Made by a program: the position numbers and the translations under genes. The notes beneath the pieces were generated by a model. The model saw only the letters and a list, made by a program, of their open reading frames with translations, was not told the DNA's origin and did not search any database. A stretch of 64,000 nucleotides of DNA, from the NCBI GenBank assembly GCA_947313885.1, contig CAMZNU010000020.1, positions 437 to 64,436 of the forward strand, given 5' to 3'. Each line of letters begins with the position of its first letter. Within the stretch, counting starts at the first letter, position 1. Origin of the DNA: an uncultured Clostridia bacterium. GTDB lineage: Bacteria; Bacillota; Clostridia; Lachnospirales; CAMZNU01. Shown piece by piece: positions 19,795 through 30,500 of the stretch.

Positions 19795-20433
19795 TTATTG
19801 TTTCAATGCTAATACTGCTTTATTGTTAGCTTTTTCATTCCCTATAGTTGTATCACTCATATGCCCAGGAAATACTTTTACCTCATCTTCTAATTTAAAT
19901 AATTTTTCGAATATGCTATGTCCTAAATCTTTTGCATTTCCTGTTGGAAAATCCGTTCTTCCATGAGTTAATCTAAATAATGTGTCACCTGTAAACATTA
20001 CTTCGTTACTTTCGTCTAAATAACACACTCCACCTTTTGTATGTCCTGGCGTAAATATCGTTTTCATTTTAAAACTTTTAAAACCTATTATATCTCCGTC
20101 TTCTAAAAAAACATCTGCTTCTACTATTATTCCCCTGTTACCCATTTCTGCTGAAAAATTATACTTCGGATCTTCTAGAATACTTTGTTCCTCTTTATGC
20201 GCATATACTTTACATTTCGTAAACTCTTTTATTTTTTCAACTCCCATTATGTGATCAAAGTGTCCATGAGTTAAAAGTATTCCTTGTATGTCTAGATTTT
20301 CTTCTTTTATGAAATTTATTATATCTTCTTCTGCACCACCTGGATCTACCACTATTCCAACTTTTGTAGTTTCATCAAAATATACATATACATTTTCTGT
20401 AGTTTCTTTAACTATTATTCTTTTTACTAACAT
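19795..20433 (-). CDS. MBL-fold metallo-hydrolase, paralogue 1
   Basis: It has the THGHFDH motif. It is collinear with the neighbouring paralogue, at roughly half identity by eye. Confidence 0.8.
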   Translation of the reverse strand: MLVKRIIVKETTENVYVYFDETTKVGIVVDPGGAEEDIINFIKEENLDIQGILLTHGHFDHIMGVEKIKEFTKCKVYAHKEEQSILEDPKYNFSAEMGNRGIIVEADVFLEDGDIIGFKSFKMKTIFTPGHTKGGVCYLDESNEVMFTGDTLFRLTHGRTDFPTGNAKDLGHSIFEKLFKLEDEVKVFPGHMSDTTIGNEKANNKAVLALKQ

Positions 20434-20442
20434 TTTTACCTC

Positions 20443-20898
20443 CTACAGTATTTTATCACTATCTAATATAATTGTTATTGGTCCATCATTTATTAAACTT
20501 ACCTGCATATCCCCTTGAAACACACCTTTTTGCACTTTACTTTGTTCATAATCTTTTTTTAACATTTCAATGAATTTATTAAACATTTCTAACGCCTCGT
20601 CTATACCCGCCGATTCTGTAAAACTTGGTCTGAATCCTTTTCTTACATCTCCGTACAATGTAAAATTTGGCACAACTAATATTTCTTTTTCTAAATCTTT
20701 CGCCGATAAATTCATTTTATTATTTTCATCTTCAAATATTCTAAGCCCTATTATTTTTTTAACCATATACTTAAAATCTTCTTCACCATCTGTTTTCTTA
20801 AATCCCAATAAAATAACTAATCCACTATCAATAGAACTTACTATTTTATTGTCAATTTTTACATCACTTTGTAACACTCTTTGCACTACAGCTCTCAT
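20443..20898 (-). CDS. dtd: D-aminoacyl-tRNA deacylase
   Basis: 151 aa with an MRAVVQRV N-terminus and an NDGPIT motif. Confidence 0.9.
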   Translation of the reverse strand: MRAVVQRVLQSDVKIDNKIVSSIDSGLVILLGFKKTDGEEDFKYMVKKIIGLRIFEDENNKMNLSAKDLEKEILVVPNFTLYGDVRKGFRPSFTESAGIDEALEMFNKFIEMLKKDYEQSKVQKGVFQGDMQVSLINDGPITIILDSDKIL

Positions 20899-20901
20899 TT
20901 T

Positions 20902-23094
20902 CTATTTCACCCTCTCTATTTCATAAACATCTTTTATACTTCTTAATTTATTTACTATTATTTCTGCATCGCTACTTGAACTTACTTCTACTTCACATCT
21001 TATTATCGCCTTTTCATCGATTACTTTAGTACTTAAGCCACATACTTTTATTTTTTCTGTTGATAATAAATTAGTAATATCCATTAACAATCCATGTCTA
21101 TCAAAAGCTGTAATTTGTATAGTTATATTAAAGTGCTGTGCTACACTACCTACATCTGCCCACTTTGCTCCTTGTAACCTTCTTTTATTCACTTCATCTA
21201 ACGTTATTATATTTTTACAACTTTTTTTGTGTAGCGAGTACCCTTTTCCTATGGTTACATAGGCAACTATTTCATCTCCTAAAATCGGGTTACAACATTT
21301 AGCATAGTTCACTTCTGTTAATCCTAGCCCATCTATATTTACTAATAAATTACCTTTACTATCTTTTTGCTCTACTTTTGGCTTGCTTAATCTTTCTAAC
21401 ATCTCTGCTTCTTTTTCGCTATCTGTTCGCTTTTCACATTCTACTATTAATCTATTTATTATTTGTCCTTCTTTTATTCCTGCATAACCTACTGTTGAAT
21501 ATAAACTATTTACATCTTTTAAATCATATCTTTTTAAAATTAGTTCTATTCTTTCTTCTGACAATAAATCTTGTAGCTTATAACCTTTCTTTTTACTTTC
21601 ACGTTCTAATAAAGCTTTACCATGTAATATATTTTCTTCTTTATTTGACGTCTTAAACCAATGTTTTATTTTACTTTTTGCATTTGATGTTTTTGCTACT
21701 TTTAACCAATCTCTACTTGGGCTTGATGTTTTTGAAGTTATTATTTCTACCCTTTCACTATTTTTTAACGTATAATCAAAAGTTACTATTCTTCCATCAA
21801 CTTTTGCACCTACCGCTCTATGTCCTACATCTGTATGAATATAATATGCAAAATCTAACGGTGTTGCGCCACGTGGTAACTCTTTTAAATCGCCACTCGG
21901 CGTAAAGCAATATACTCGTTCATTAAATAAATCTAAATCTACTTTCATAGTATCTAAATATTCATCGTTATCTTCTACTTCATTTTGCATTGCTAACATT
22001 TCATCTATCCACGCTAATTTTAAATCTTTACCATTAACTTTTTCATTTTTACCTTCTTTATATTTCCAATGTGCCGCTATACCATTTTCCGCTATCTTGT
22101 GCATTTTATACGTTCTTATTTGCATTTCAAAAGGCTGTGCCCCTGGTCCTAACAATGTATTGTGTATAGATTGATACATGTTCCCTTTTGGTACTGCTAT
22201 ATAATCTTTAAACCTTCCTATTAATGGCTTGTACATTTCATGCATTTTACCTAACGCACTATAACAATCACCTACATCATTTACTAATATTCTAACCGCT
22301 CTTAAATCATATATTTGTTCTATGTTTTTATTTTTATTAATCATTTTTTTATAAACGCTATATTTATGCTTAACGCGACTTTCTAACATACATTCTATAT
22401 TAGATTTTTTCAAATTTTCTTTTATACTATTATGAAGTTCTTCTATATAATCTTTATTTTCTGTTTCTTTTTCATTTAACAGTTCTGTGATTTTTTTATA
22501 TTCTTCTTCATATAAATACTTAAAAGCCAAATCTTCTAATTCATATCTTAATTTTGATATACCTAACCTATGTGCTAGTGGTGCATATACATCTAATGTT
22601 TCTTCTGACTTTTCAATTTGTTTATGACGTGGCATATGTTGTAACGTTCTCATATTGTGTAATCTATCCGCTATTTTAATTAATACTACTCTCGCATCCA
22701 TTGACATAGCTAAAAACAACTTTCTATAATTTTCTGCTTGTTCTTCTTTTTTTGAAATATATTGTAACTCTACTAGTTTCGTTACACCTTCTACCATTTC
22801 TGCTACGTCTTTATTAAACATTCTTTCTATTTCTTCATAGGTATATTTCGTATCTTCTATAACATCGTGTAGTAGCCCTGCAATAATTGTATCTATATCT
22901 ACTTCCATATCTGATAATATTATTGCAACTTCTATTGGATGTATTATATACGGCTCACCTGATTTTCTAAATTGTCCTTCATGCGCTTCTACGGCTAATT
23001 TATAAGCTTTTTCTATTGGCTCTAAATTTTCGTCACTTCTTACTTTTTTTAAACTCTCTACTAATCTTCCGTATATTTCCTCATGTATTTCCAT
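20902..23094 (-). CDS. relA: Bifunctional (p)ppGpp synthetase/hydrolase
   Basis: 730 aa with an HD hydrolase block (LLHDVIEDT), a RelA/SpoT synthetase region, and TGS and C-terminal ACT-like regions. Confidence 0.95.
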   Translation of the reverse strand: MEIHEEIYGRLVESLKKVRSDENLEPIEKAYKLAVEAHEGQFRKSGEPYIIHPIEVAIILSDMEVDIDTIIAGLLHDVIEDTKYTYEEIERMFNKDVAEMVEGVTKLVELQYISKKEEQAENYRKLFLAMSMDARVVLIKIADRLHNMRTLQHMPRHKQIEKSEETLDVYAPLAHRLGISKLRYELEDLAFKYLYEEEYKKITELLNEKETENKDYIEELHNSIKENLKKSNIECMLESRVKHKYSVYKKMINKNKNIEQIYDLRAVRILVNDVGDCYSALGKMHEMYKPLIGRFKDYIAVPKGNMYQSIHNTLLGPGAQPFEMQIRTYKMHKIAENGIAAHWKYKEGKNEKVNGKDLKLAWIDEMLAMQNEVEDNDEYLDTMKVDLDLFNERVYCFTPSGDLKELPRGATPLDFAYYIHTDVGHRAVGAKVDGRIVTFDYTLKNSERVEIITSKTSSPSRDWLKVAKTSNAKSKIKHWFKTSNKEENILHGKALLERESKKKGYKLQDLLSEERIELILKRYDLKDVNSLYSTVGYAGIKEGQIINRLIVECEKRTDSEKEAEMLERLSKPKVEQKDSKGNLLVNIDGLGLTEVNYAKCCNPILGDEIVAYVTIGKGYSLHKKSCKNIITLDEVNKRRLQGAKWADVGSVAQHFNITIQITAFDRHGLLMDITNLLSTEKIKVCGLSTKVIDEKAIIRCEVEVSSSSDAEIIVNKLRSIKDVYEIERVK

Positions 23095-23200
23095 ATTGCA
23101 CCTCCAACATCATAATATATAATTATAAAATTTTTATACTATAAAATCAAGTGTATAGGTGACTATATTAAATCTACTACTAAGTATTTTTTAATTCCTT

Positions 23201-23284
23201 TTCTTTATTTATTTTTATTTATTCTTTATTTATTTTTATTTGTTCTTTATTTATTTTTATTTGTTCTTTATTTATTTTTATTTA
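23201..23284. repeat. Four tandem copies of a 21-bp T-tract unit (ttctttatttatttttattt[g/a]), upstream of relA.
   Basis: Read directly; the copies start at 23201, 23222, 23243 and 23264. Confidence 0.85.
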
Positions 23285-23324
23285 TTTTTTATTAAAATTT
23301 CTTATAACTTTTAATTCATTGCAT

Positions 23325-23362
23325 AAAAATAACACGATATATAAACTTATCGTGTTATTTTT
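23325..23362 (-). terminator. Intrinsic terminator after the RND efflux operon, with a 15-bp stem.
   Basis: The arms aaaaataacacgata / tatcgtgttattttt were read directly. Confidence 0.75.
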
Positions 23363-23626
23363 TCTTAACTATTATTTTTTTCGATCTTCTCTTTTAAAAT
23401 TTTAAGTCAAGCCATTCTATGAGAACACGTCATTTCTAATTCAAAATATTTATTATCTCTTTGTTTAACTTCAAAGCAAATATTAATTTTTTCTGATTGT
23501 ATTAGAATATCTTCCATTTTTTTCACTTCTAATATATTTTTTTATCACCGTCGCATAAATATATTGACTCCGCATATTTAATATATTATTTTCTTATTTG
23601 ATTTAAGTGCGTCCTAGAATTTTATT

Positions 23627-26600
23627 TTATATACCTCTTCTCTTTTTATATAAATCGTCCATACTTAAATATATCGTCGGTATTAAAACTAACGTTACTA
23701 CTGTTGAAAATGTTAATCCTAATATAACTGTTAGTGCTATATTTTTCATAGCTTCTGACCCTTCTTGTGTACTTAATAACATTGGTAATAATCCTAACAC
23801 CGTTGTTAACGTAGACATTAATATAGGTCTAAACCTTACTTCTCCTGCTTTTAACAATCCGTCATAGGCATTGTAACCTCTTTCTCTTATTAATAAATTT
23901 GTATAATCTATTAACACTATAGCATTATTAATAACTATCCCTGTTAACATTATAAAACCTACAAAGGTTGTTATATTTATTTGCTCACCTATTAAAAATA
24001 TTCCAAATATCGCCGTCGCTATAGCTACTGGTATTGAAAACATTACTATAAACGGATATTTTAAAGATTCAAAATTCCCCGCCATTACCATATAAACTAA
24101 TGCTATCGCCGCCAATACAGCTAAAAATAATTGTTTAAATGCATCTATCATCTCTTTTGATGTACCTGCATTCTCCCATGAATATCCTGATGGCATAGAA
24201 TAGTTTTCTAATTTTCTCGTCATTTCCTTTACTATAGTCCCTGTATCATTACTTCCCAATCCTATATTTATTTCCACATATCTTTCTTGGTCTTTTCTCG
24301 ATATAGATACTGGTGTGCTTTCTATAGTTATTTCCCCTATTTCTGATAAAGGTACTGACGCCCCTCTAAATGTTGGGATTAATATATTACCTAAATCATC
24401 TATATATTTAATACTCTCTTCATCTCTCCTAATTACAATATCAATTTCACTACCTTCTTCTTTATATATAGTAGCTTTTGTTCCCGATATTGCTGTTCTT
24501 AACGTATCTCCTAGTATACTCATATTTATTCCATACATTCTTCCTTTATCTTCATCTACTTTAATTTTTATTTGTCTAGATTGTTGTTGGATATTACTTG
24601 TTACCTCTCCAACTCCTTCTATTTCATTAGCAAACTTTATAATATCATTTACTATTTCATTAATTACTGCAACATCCAATCCTTTAACTATTATCGTCGC
24701 TCCTGATTCTCCTAATCCTCCAATTGAACCACCTGATGAACTAGCCTTTAAATCAACTCCCGCTATATCATTAAAACCTTCTTCGATTTCCTTCGCTATT
24801 TCTACACTTCTTTTATCCCTTTCATTTATCCCCACTAACCTTATAAAAAAATCTAAACTCGTCGTGTCGCCCATTCTAACCACTGATGCTACCGATTCTA
24901 CATAATCTTTATCTTTTATTAAATTTTCCAATTGCTCATTTACTTCTTCGGCCCTAACATATGGCGTACCATCTGGAAACTTGCTTGTAATAAATACTAC
25001 GCCCTCATCTATTTCTGGGAAAAATCCCGTTCCCGTTAATAGCACCGTTAAACCCGTTAACATTATAAAAATTATTGTCACTAAATACGTTCTTTTTCTT
25101 TTAACTAAAGATTTATTTAGGATTGCTAAATATTTTGTTTTTAATTTCTCAAATCCTATATTGAATTTTTGTACAACTCCTATTCTTTCTTCATTTATAC
25201 CATTTTTAAATAATATAGCTGATAGCATCGGCACAAAAGTTATAGCCACTATTAAAGATGATAATAACGAAAATGTAATCGTAAATGATAACGCCATAAA
25301 TAAATCTGATACTACACTTGTCGTAAATGTTATTGGTAAAAATACTACAACTGTCGTTAATGTTGATGCTATAATCGATAATGCTACTTCTTTTGTTCCT
25401 TCTATCGACGCTATTTTTGATTCTAGTCCTTCTTCTACTTTCCTATATATACTCTCTATTACCACAATAGAGTTATCAACTAACATCCCAATCCCTAATG
25501 TTAGTCCTCCTAACGATATTATATTTATAGTTACGTCGTTATAATACATAAATATAAACGTCGCCATCACAGATATTGGCATTGCTAAACCTATTATTAA
25601 CGTCGTCTTACCATCTCCTAAAAACATATATATTACAAACATAGCTATTAACATCCCTATTAATGCCGTTATTCCCACTCCACTTATCGCTTCTTGTATA
25701 AATTCCCCCGTATCTACAATACTTGTTATTTCTAACTCATCATTTAACTTTCTTATTTTTTTCATTTCTTTTATAACACTCTTTGATACGTCCACTGTAT
25801 TTGCTGTAGATTGTTTTGTTATCACTAGTATTATTCCATTTTTATGGTTTGTATATGTTTTACTTGTTTGTTTTTTATATTTTTTTTCAACGTTAGCAAT
25901 GTCGGATACTCTTATTTCACCGCCCAGCGGTGTTCTCAATCTTATGTTTTCTATAGCTTCTATACTTTTTATACCGCCATCCACTTTTATCGTTAAATTA
26001 TTCTCTCCATCTTTCACACTCCCTATAGGCATTACTATATTACCCATAGCTATAGCATTTCTTAAATCACTTTCTAATACTCCATACCCTCTCATCTTAT
26101 CTTCTTTTATCTCTATTACTATCTCTTCTTCTTGTCCACCTCTTACAGATACATTTGCTACACCTGATATTTTTGTTATCATTGGTACTATTTCTTCTTC
26201 TACTATTATCTCTAAATTTTCTAAACTTTTATTATCACTTGTTATTCCATATATAACTTCTTCTAATTTTGATAAATCAAATTTGCTTACCATAGGCTTT
26301 GTTGCACCATCTGGCAATCTATTGTTTATTATATCTACTTTCTCCCTTACGTTTAACGCCGCTACGTCTATATCAATATCATTTTCAAAATTTATTATTA
26401 TATTTGATCTCTCATTTCCTGATGTAGATTGAATACTTTTAACTCCCTCTACTGTAGATAATATATTTTCTAAGGGAATAGTTATTAAATTTTCCATCTC
26501 TTCTGAACCCGCACCTGCATAACTAGTATGCACAGATAATATCGGTATATTTACATTTGGCATCATATCCATATTTATATTTATTACAGATATTATCCCT

Positions 26601-26671
26601 ACAAATACCGTTATTAATATTCCCATCAATACCGCTACTGGTCTATTTACACATAGTTTTATAAAACTCAT
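23627..26671 (-). CDS. RND family efflux transporter permease (AcrB/AcrD/AcrF type)
   Basis: 1014 aa with a 12-TM RND architecture and two large extracytoplasmic loops. The N-terminus is typical (FIKLCVNRPVAVLM). Confidence 0.9.
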   Translation of the reverse strand: MSFIKLCVNRPVAVLMGILITVFVGIISVININMDMMPNVNIPILSVHTSYAGAGSEEMENLITIPLENILSTVEGVKSIQSTSGNERSNIIINFENDIDIDVAALNVREKVDIINNRLPDGATKPMVSKFDLSKLEEVIYGITSDNKSLENLEIIVEEEIVPMITKISGVANVSVRGGQEEEIVIEIKEDKMRGYGVLESDLRNAIAMGNIVMPIGSVKDGENNLTIKVDGGIKSIEAIENIRLRTPLGGEIRVSDIANVEKKYKKQTSKTYTNHKNGIILVITKQSTANTVDVSKSVIKEMKKIRKLNDELEITSIVDTGEFIQEAISGVGITALIGMLIAMFVIYMFLGDGKTTLIIGLAMPISVMATFIFMYYNDVTINIISLGGLTLGIGMLVDNSIVVIESIYRKVEEGLESKIASIEGTKEVALSIIASTLTTVVVFLPITFTTSVVSDLFMALSFTITFSLLSSLIVAITFVPMLSAILFKNGINEERIGVVQKFNIGFEKLKTKYLAILNKSLVKRKRTYLVTIIFIMLTGLTVLLTGTGFFPEIDEGVVFITSKFPDGTPYVRAEEVNEQLENLIKDKDYVESVASVVRMGDTTSLDFFIRLVGINERDKRSVEIAKEIEEGFNDIAGVDLKASSSGGSIGGLGESGATIIVKGLDVAVINEIVNDIIKFANEIEGVGEVTSNIQQQSRQIKIKVDEDKGRMYGINMSILGDTLRTAISGTKATIYKEEGSEIDIVIRRDEESIKYIDDLGNILIPTFRGASVPLSEIGEITIESTPVSISRKDQERYVEINIGLGSNDTGTIVKEMTRKLENYSMPSGYSWENAGTSKEMIDAFKQLFLAVLAAIALVYMVMAGNFESLKYPFIVMFSIPVAIATAIFGIFLIGEQINITTFVGFIMLTGIVINNAIVLIDYTNLLIRERGYNAYDGLLKAGEVRFRPILMSTLTTVLGLLPMLLSTQEGSEAMKNIALTVILGLTFSTVVTLVLIPTIYLSMDDLYKKRRGI

Positions 26672-26681
26672 TATTATTCAC

Positions 26682-27533
26682 CTATTCCTCTTCTATTTCA
26701 TTTATAACATTTATATATTCTTTATCTTCTACGTAGTTATGTCCTAAATATATTAACCTATCTTCTACCTCTAAACCTTCTATTATCTCAACATCTTTAC
26801 CTACTCTTAATCCTACAGTTACTACTTTTTTCTTTGCCTTACCCTCTTCCTCTATAAATACATATTTTTCATCTTCCCTTGTTAATACAGTATTCGACGG
26901 CACCGCTATAACTTCTTCCGCCCTATCTACTACAAACTCAACGCTTCCAAACATCCCTACCTTTATTTCGTGGTTTTTATTTTCTACCTTTATTTCCACT
27001 TCATACATATTTAAATGATTTCCTACTGGACTTATTGTTTTAATTTTACCTTTTTTATTTTTATCGCCTATCTTAACGTCTACTTCATCTTCCTTATTTA
27101 TTTTATCTATAAAACTTTCCGTAACATTCACTTTTAATACTATATCGTCTACATCCATAATTATCATCGGTGGTATTGTACTCGTTATAATACTATCCAC
27201 TTTTACATTTTTATTGCTCACTATACCGTCTACTTTTGATAATATATCTTTCTCTTCACCTGTTTGAAAGTTTTTTATTCGAAATAACTTCTCATCTTCC
27301 TCTACATCGTCTCCTATTTCTACATATACATCTGTTACTTTACTATTCATACCGTCTACTATGTATGATGTTTCTATCGCCTCTGTTACTCCTTGATAAC
27401 TTACTTTTTTCTCTAAAGTAACTTCCTCTAATTTAACCGTTTTAACCGCTCTTATTACATCTTCTTCTACACTTTTTACCCCGCAACTTACAAGAATTAC
27501 ACTTGTTGCCATTAGTAATATTATTTTTTTCAT
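26682..27533 (-). CDS. Efflux RND periplasmic adaptor (HlyD/MFP-like) lipoprotein
   Basis: It has a signal peptide with a lipobox (LVSCG) and a beta-barrel/lipoyl-like repeat pattern. It lies directly upstream of the RND pump gene. Confidence 0.7.
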   Translation of the reverse strand: MKKIILLMATSVILVSCGVKSVEEDVIRAVKTVKLEEVTLEKKVSYQGVTEAIETSYIVDGMNSKVTDVYVEIGDDVEEDEKLFRIKNFQTGEEKDILSKVDGIVSNKNVKVDSIITSTIPPMIIMDVDDIVLKVNVTESFIDKINKEDEVDVKIGDKNKKGKIKTISPVGNHLNMYEVEIKVENKNHEIKVGMFGSVEFVVDRAEEVIAVPSNTVLTREDEKYVFIEEEGKAKKKVVTVGLRVGKDVEIIEGLEVEDRLIYLGHNYVEDKEYINVINEIEEE

Positions 27534-27593
27534 ATCGCATTCTCCTATTATTTCACATTATAAACTTTTATTTTCTCTTTATATCTTATTACT

Positions 27594-30500
27594 CTATATC
27601 GTGCATACTGATTTATTGATTTTTAAAAAATGTATTATACATTGTTTAACTTTCTTATCTGTTGTGTTTTCAAGCACTTCTTTATATATATCTAATTGCA
27701 CCTTATATTGCTTTATTAAATTATCCATATTTTCATCTGTTACATAATCTGACTTATAATCAACTATTACTATTTCGTCTTCTTCTACAAAGTAACAATC
27801 TATTATGCCGTTTAATAATATTTTTTCATCGTCCTCTACCTCCCCATAATAATCTTTTGCTAATAATTCTAATACAAAATGTTTTTCCTCCTCTACTTCT
27901 TTACTATTTAACATCCTTGTATACAAATCACTTTTTATAAAATTATAAAATATTTTTTTGTCCACAGTTTTTATCTCTTCTTCTTTTATTATTTTTTTAT
28001 TTATTAAATCTTCAATTAATTTATCTACATCACATTCCATAAACCTTTTTTCATTACTAATCCACTCTATAACTTTATGGATTATAACTCCTTTGTTCAT
28101 AGCTGTTATTTTGTTTTCAAAAGTTGCATATATTTCATCTACTTTGTACTTTTCTTCTTCTTCTTTTAACACAATTTTTTTTATATCTCTTATCGATATT
28201 TTAGATGGTAATTTTACACTTCCTTCATATTTATAGTTAAATGCCAAGTATTCTTCTATATTATTAATCCCTTCTTCTGTTATACCTGTTTTTAATACCT
28301 CTCCTAACTTATCTGTTAACCCCTCTTTTTCCTCCTCGACTTTCCTTTTATCTTTTTCAATACTTTCTATTATTTCTACTTTCATTTTTAAATCAAAATT
28401 TTCAATATACTCATTTGTATTTTCATATCCATATCCCTCTATTCCAATTTGCTCCATAACCTTTTTATTTCTCATAATACTTGGCATTATCATCTCGTAA
28501 AAACTTTTTGCCCTTTCTAACAAATATGTACTATGTTCTATATTCTCGTTTCCTATCTCTAGTTCATATTTTTCTATATCTTTTTGAAAATCTTTTGTTA
28601 TACTCGTAATTATTAATTTCTCTTCCGCTCTCGTTAGTGCTACATATAACACTCTTATCTCTTCCTCTATTCTTTCTTTTTTTACAAAGGATTTACTTAA
28701 ATTTCTTGCTAGTGTTTCCGTCTCTACTCTATACTCTAAATCTACCGCTTTACTACTAATGCCTAATTTATTATGCACTATAAAGTTTTGCCTCTCATCC
28801 ATCATGTTAAATTGACTATTAGATAGCGCCAAAATTACTATCGGAAATTCTAGCCCCTTACTTTGATGTATCGTTAAAAATCTAATAACATTATCATTCT
28901 CGACATTTGTAGATGATCCACTTATCTCTATTTTATTTTTATTTAATTTACTTATATACGACACGAAATTAAATAATGATGTATAATTTGTTTTCTCGTA
29001 TTCTGACGCCTTTTCTATTAACATTTTTATATTACTTAGCCTATTTTTTTCGTTTGGTAACGTACCTATAAACAAATTATAATTTGTTACATTAACTATT
29101 TCTGTTATTAATTCACTTATTACCATCTTCCTTTTCATCGCCGTGAACATTTCTAAATCTTCTAAAAATTGTTCAATCTTACTTTTTAATAACTCATTTA
29201 CACATGCATTGCACAAACAATAATACATATCTATACCATATTTATGACTTTTTATTTCTATTAATTCATCACTAGTAAATCCATAAAGCGGTGATTTTAA
29301 CACGGCTATTAACCCTATATCCTGCATAGGATTATCTATTATCTGTAAATAATTTAATAGCACTTGGATTTCTACAGATTCAAAAAAATTACCTGTTCCT
29401 GTACCACTATAAGGAATTCCCTCTTCCTTAAAAATTTTCATTATACTATTTATATGGGTTCTACTTTTCGTTAATATAACAATATCTTTATACTGTGCTT
29501 TCCTATACCCCTCTTCATCTTTAACGTATAAAGTTTTATCACCGCTAACCATCTCTTTAATTTTATTACATATTATTATGCCTTCTATCTCTTCCTTAAC
29601 CCTCTCTTCATCACCTATTGTTTCTAAATCACCTACTACTACTTCTATATCTTTGCTGACATTTTTATCCGTCGACGGATAATTATCAATGTTACCTTTA
29701 ATTAATTCATTTACCCCTCTATATGTAACTCCTCCTAACTCCTCTTTCATTATCTGGTTAAATATAAAATTTATTCCTTCTAGTACGACTTCCCTACTTC
29801 TAAAGTTTTCAGCCAAATCTATTCGTATTTCATCAGCTTCATCCTCTTTTTTATACTTATTAAACTTCTCAACAAATAATTTTGGATTAGCACCTCTAAA
29901 TCCATATATGCTCTGCTTAACATCTCCTACTATAAACCTGTTTTTTATCCCTTCATTTTCTTTGCTTATACCTAAAAATATCAATTCTTGTATCTCGTTA
30001 CAATCTTGATATTCATCTATTAATATTTTTTCATATTTATTTTGTATATCTTTAGCAATTGGTTTATATATAGGATTATTTATAGTTGTACCCTCTTCAT
30101 ATAGCAAGTTTATCGTAAACTGTTCCAAATCATCGTAATCTAAAACATTTAATTTTTTCTTTTCTATTAAATATCTACTGTTAAAACTTTTTACTATGTT
30201 ATGTAATACATCAAAATGTTTACCTAATTTATTAAAGTCATTTACATAAGTTTCAATAGTTCCAAAAAAATAGTTTTCCTTTAATCCCTCTATTATTTTT
30301 TTACTCTTATCTCTATATATCTTGTATTTATCTTTATCATACTCATCTATTTCATCACTTTTTTTAATACTTTTTAAACGTCCAAATTGTATACTCTCTA
30401 TCATGTTTTGTAGTTCTAAATACGTAATATCATCTTCATTCATTAAATAATGTAATTTTTCCATCTTACTTTTTTCTATTAAGCTACTTTCAATATACGG

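Noticed and set aside
23407-23517. A 36-codon minus-strand ORF (MEDILIQSEKINICFEVKQRDNKYFELEMTCSHRMA) between the RND pump gene and its terminator.
   Set aside because: It has only a weak SD-like sequence and no recognisable family. It is too short to support from sequence alone.
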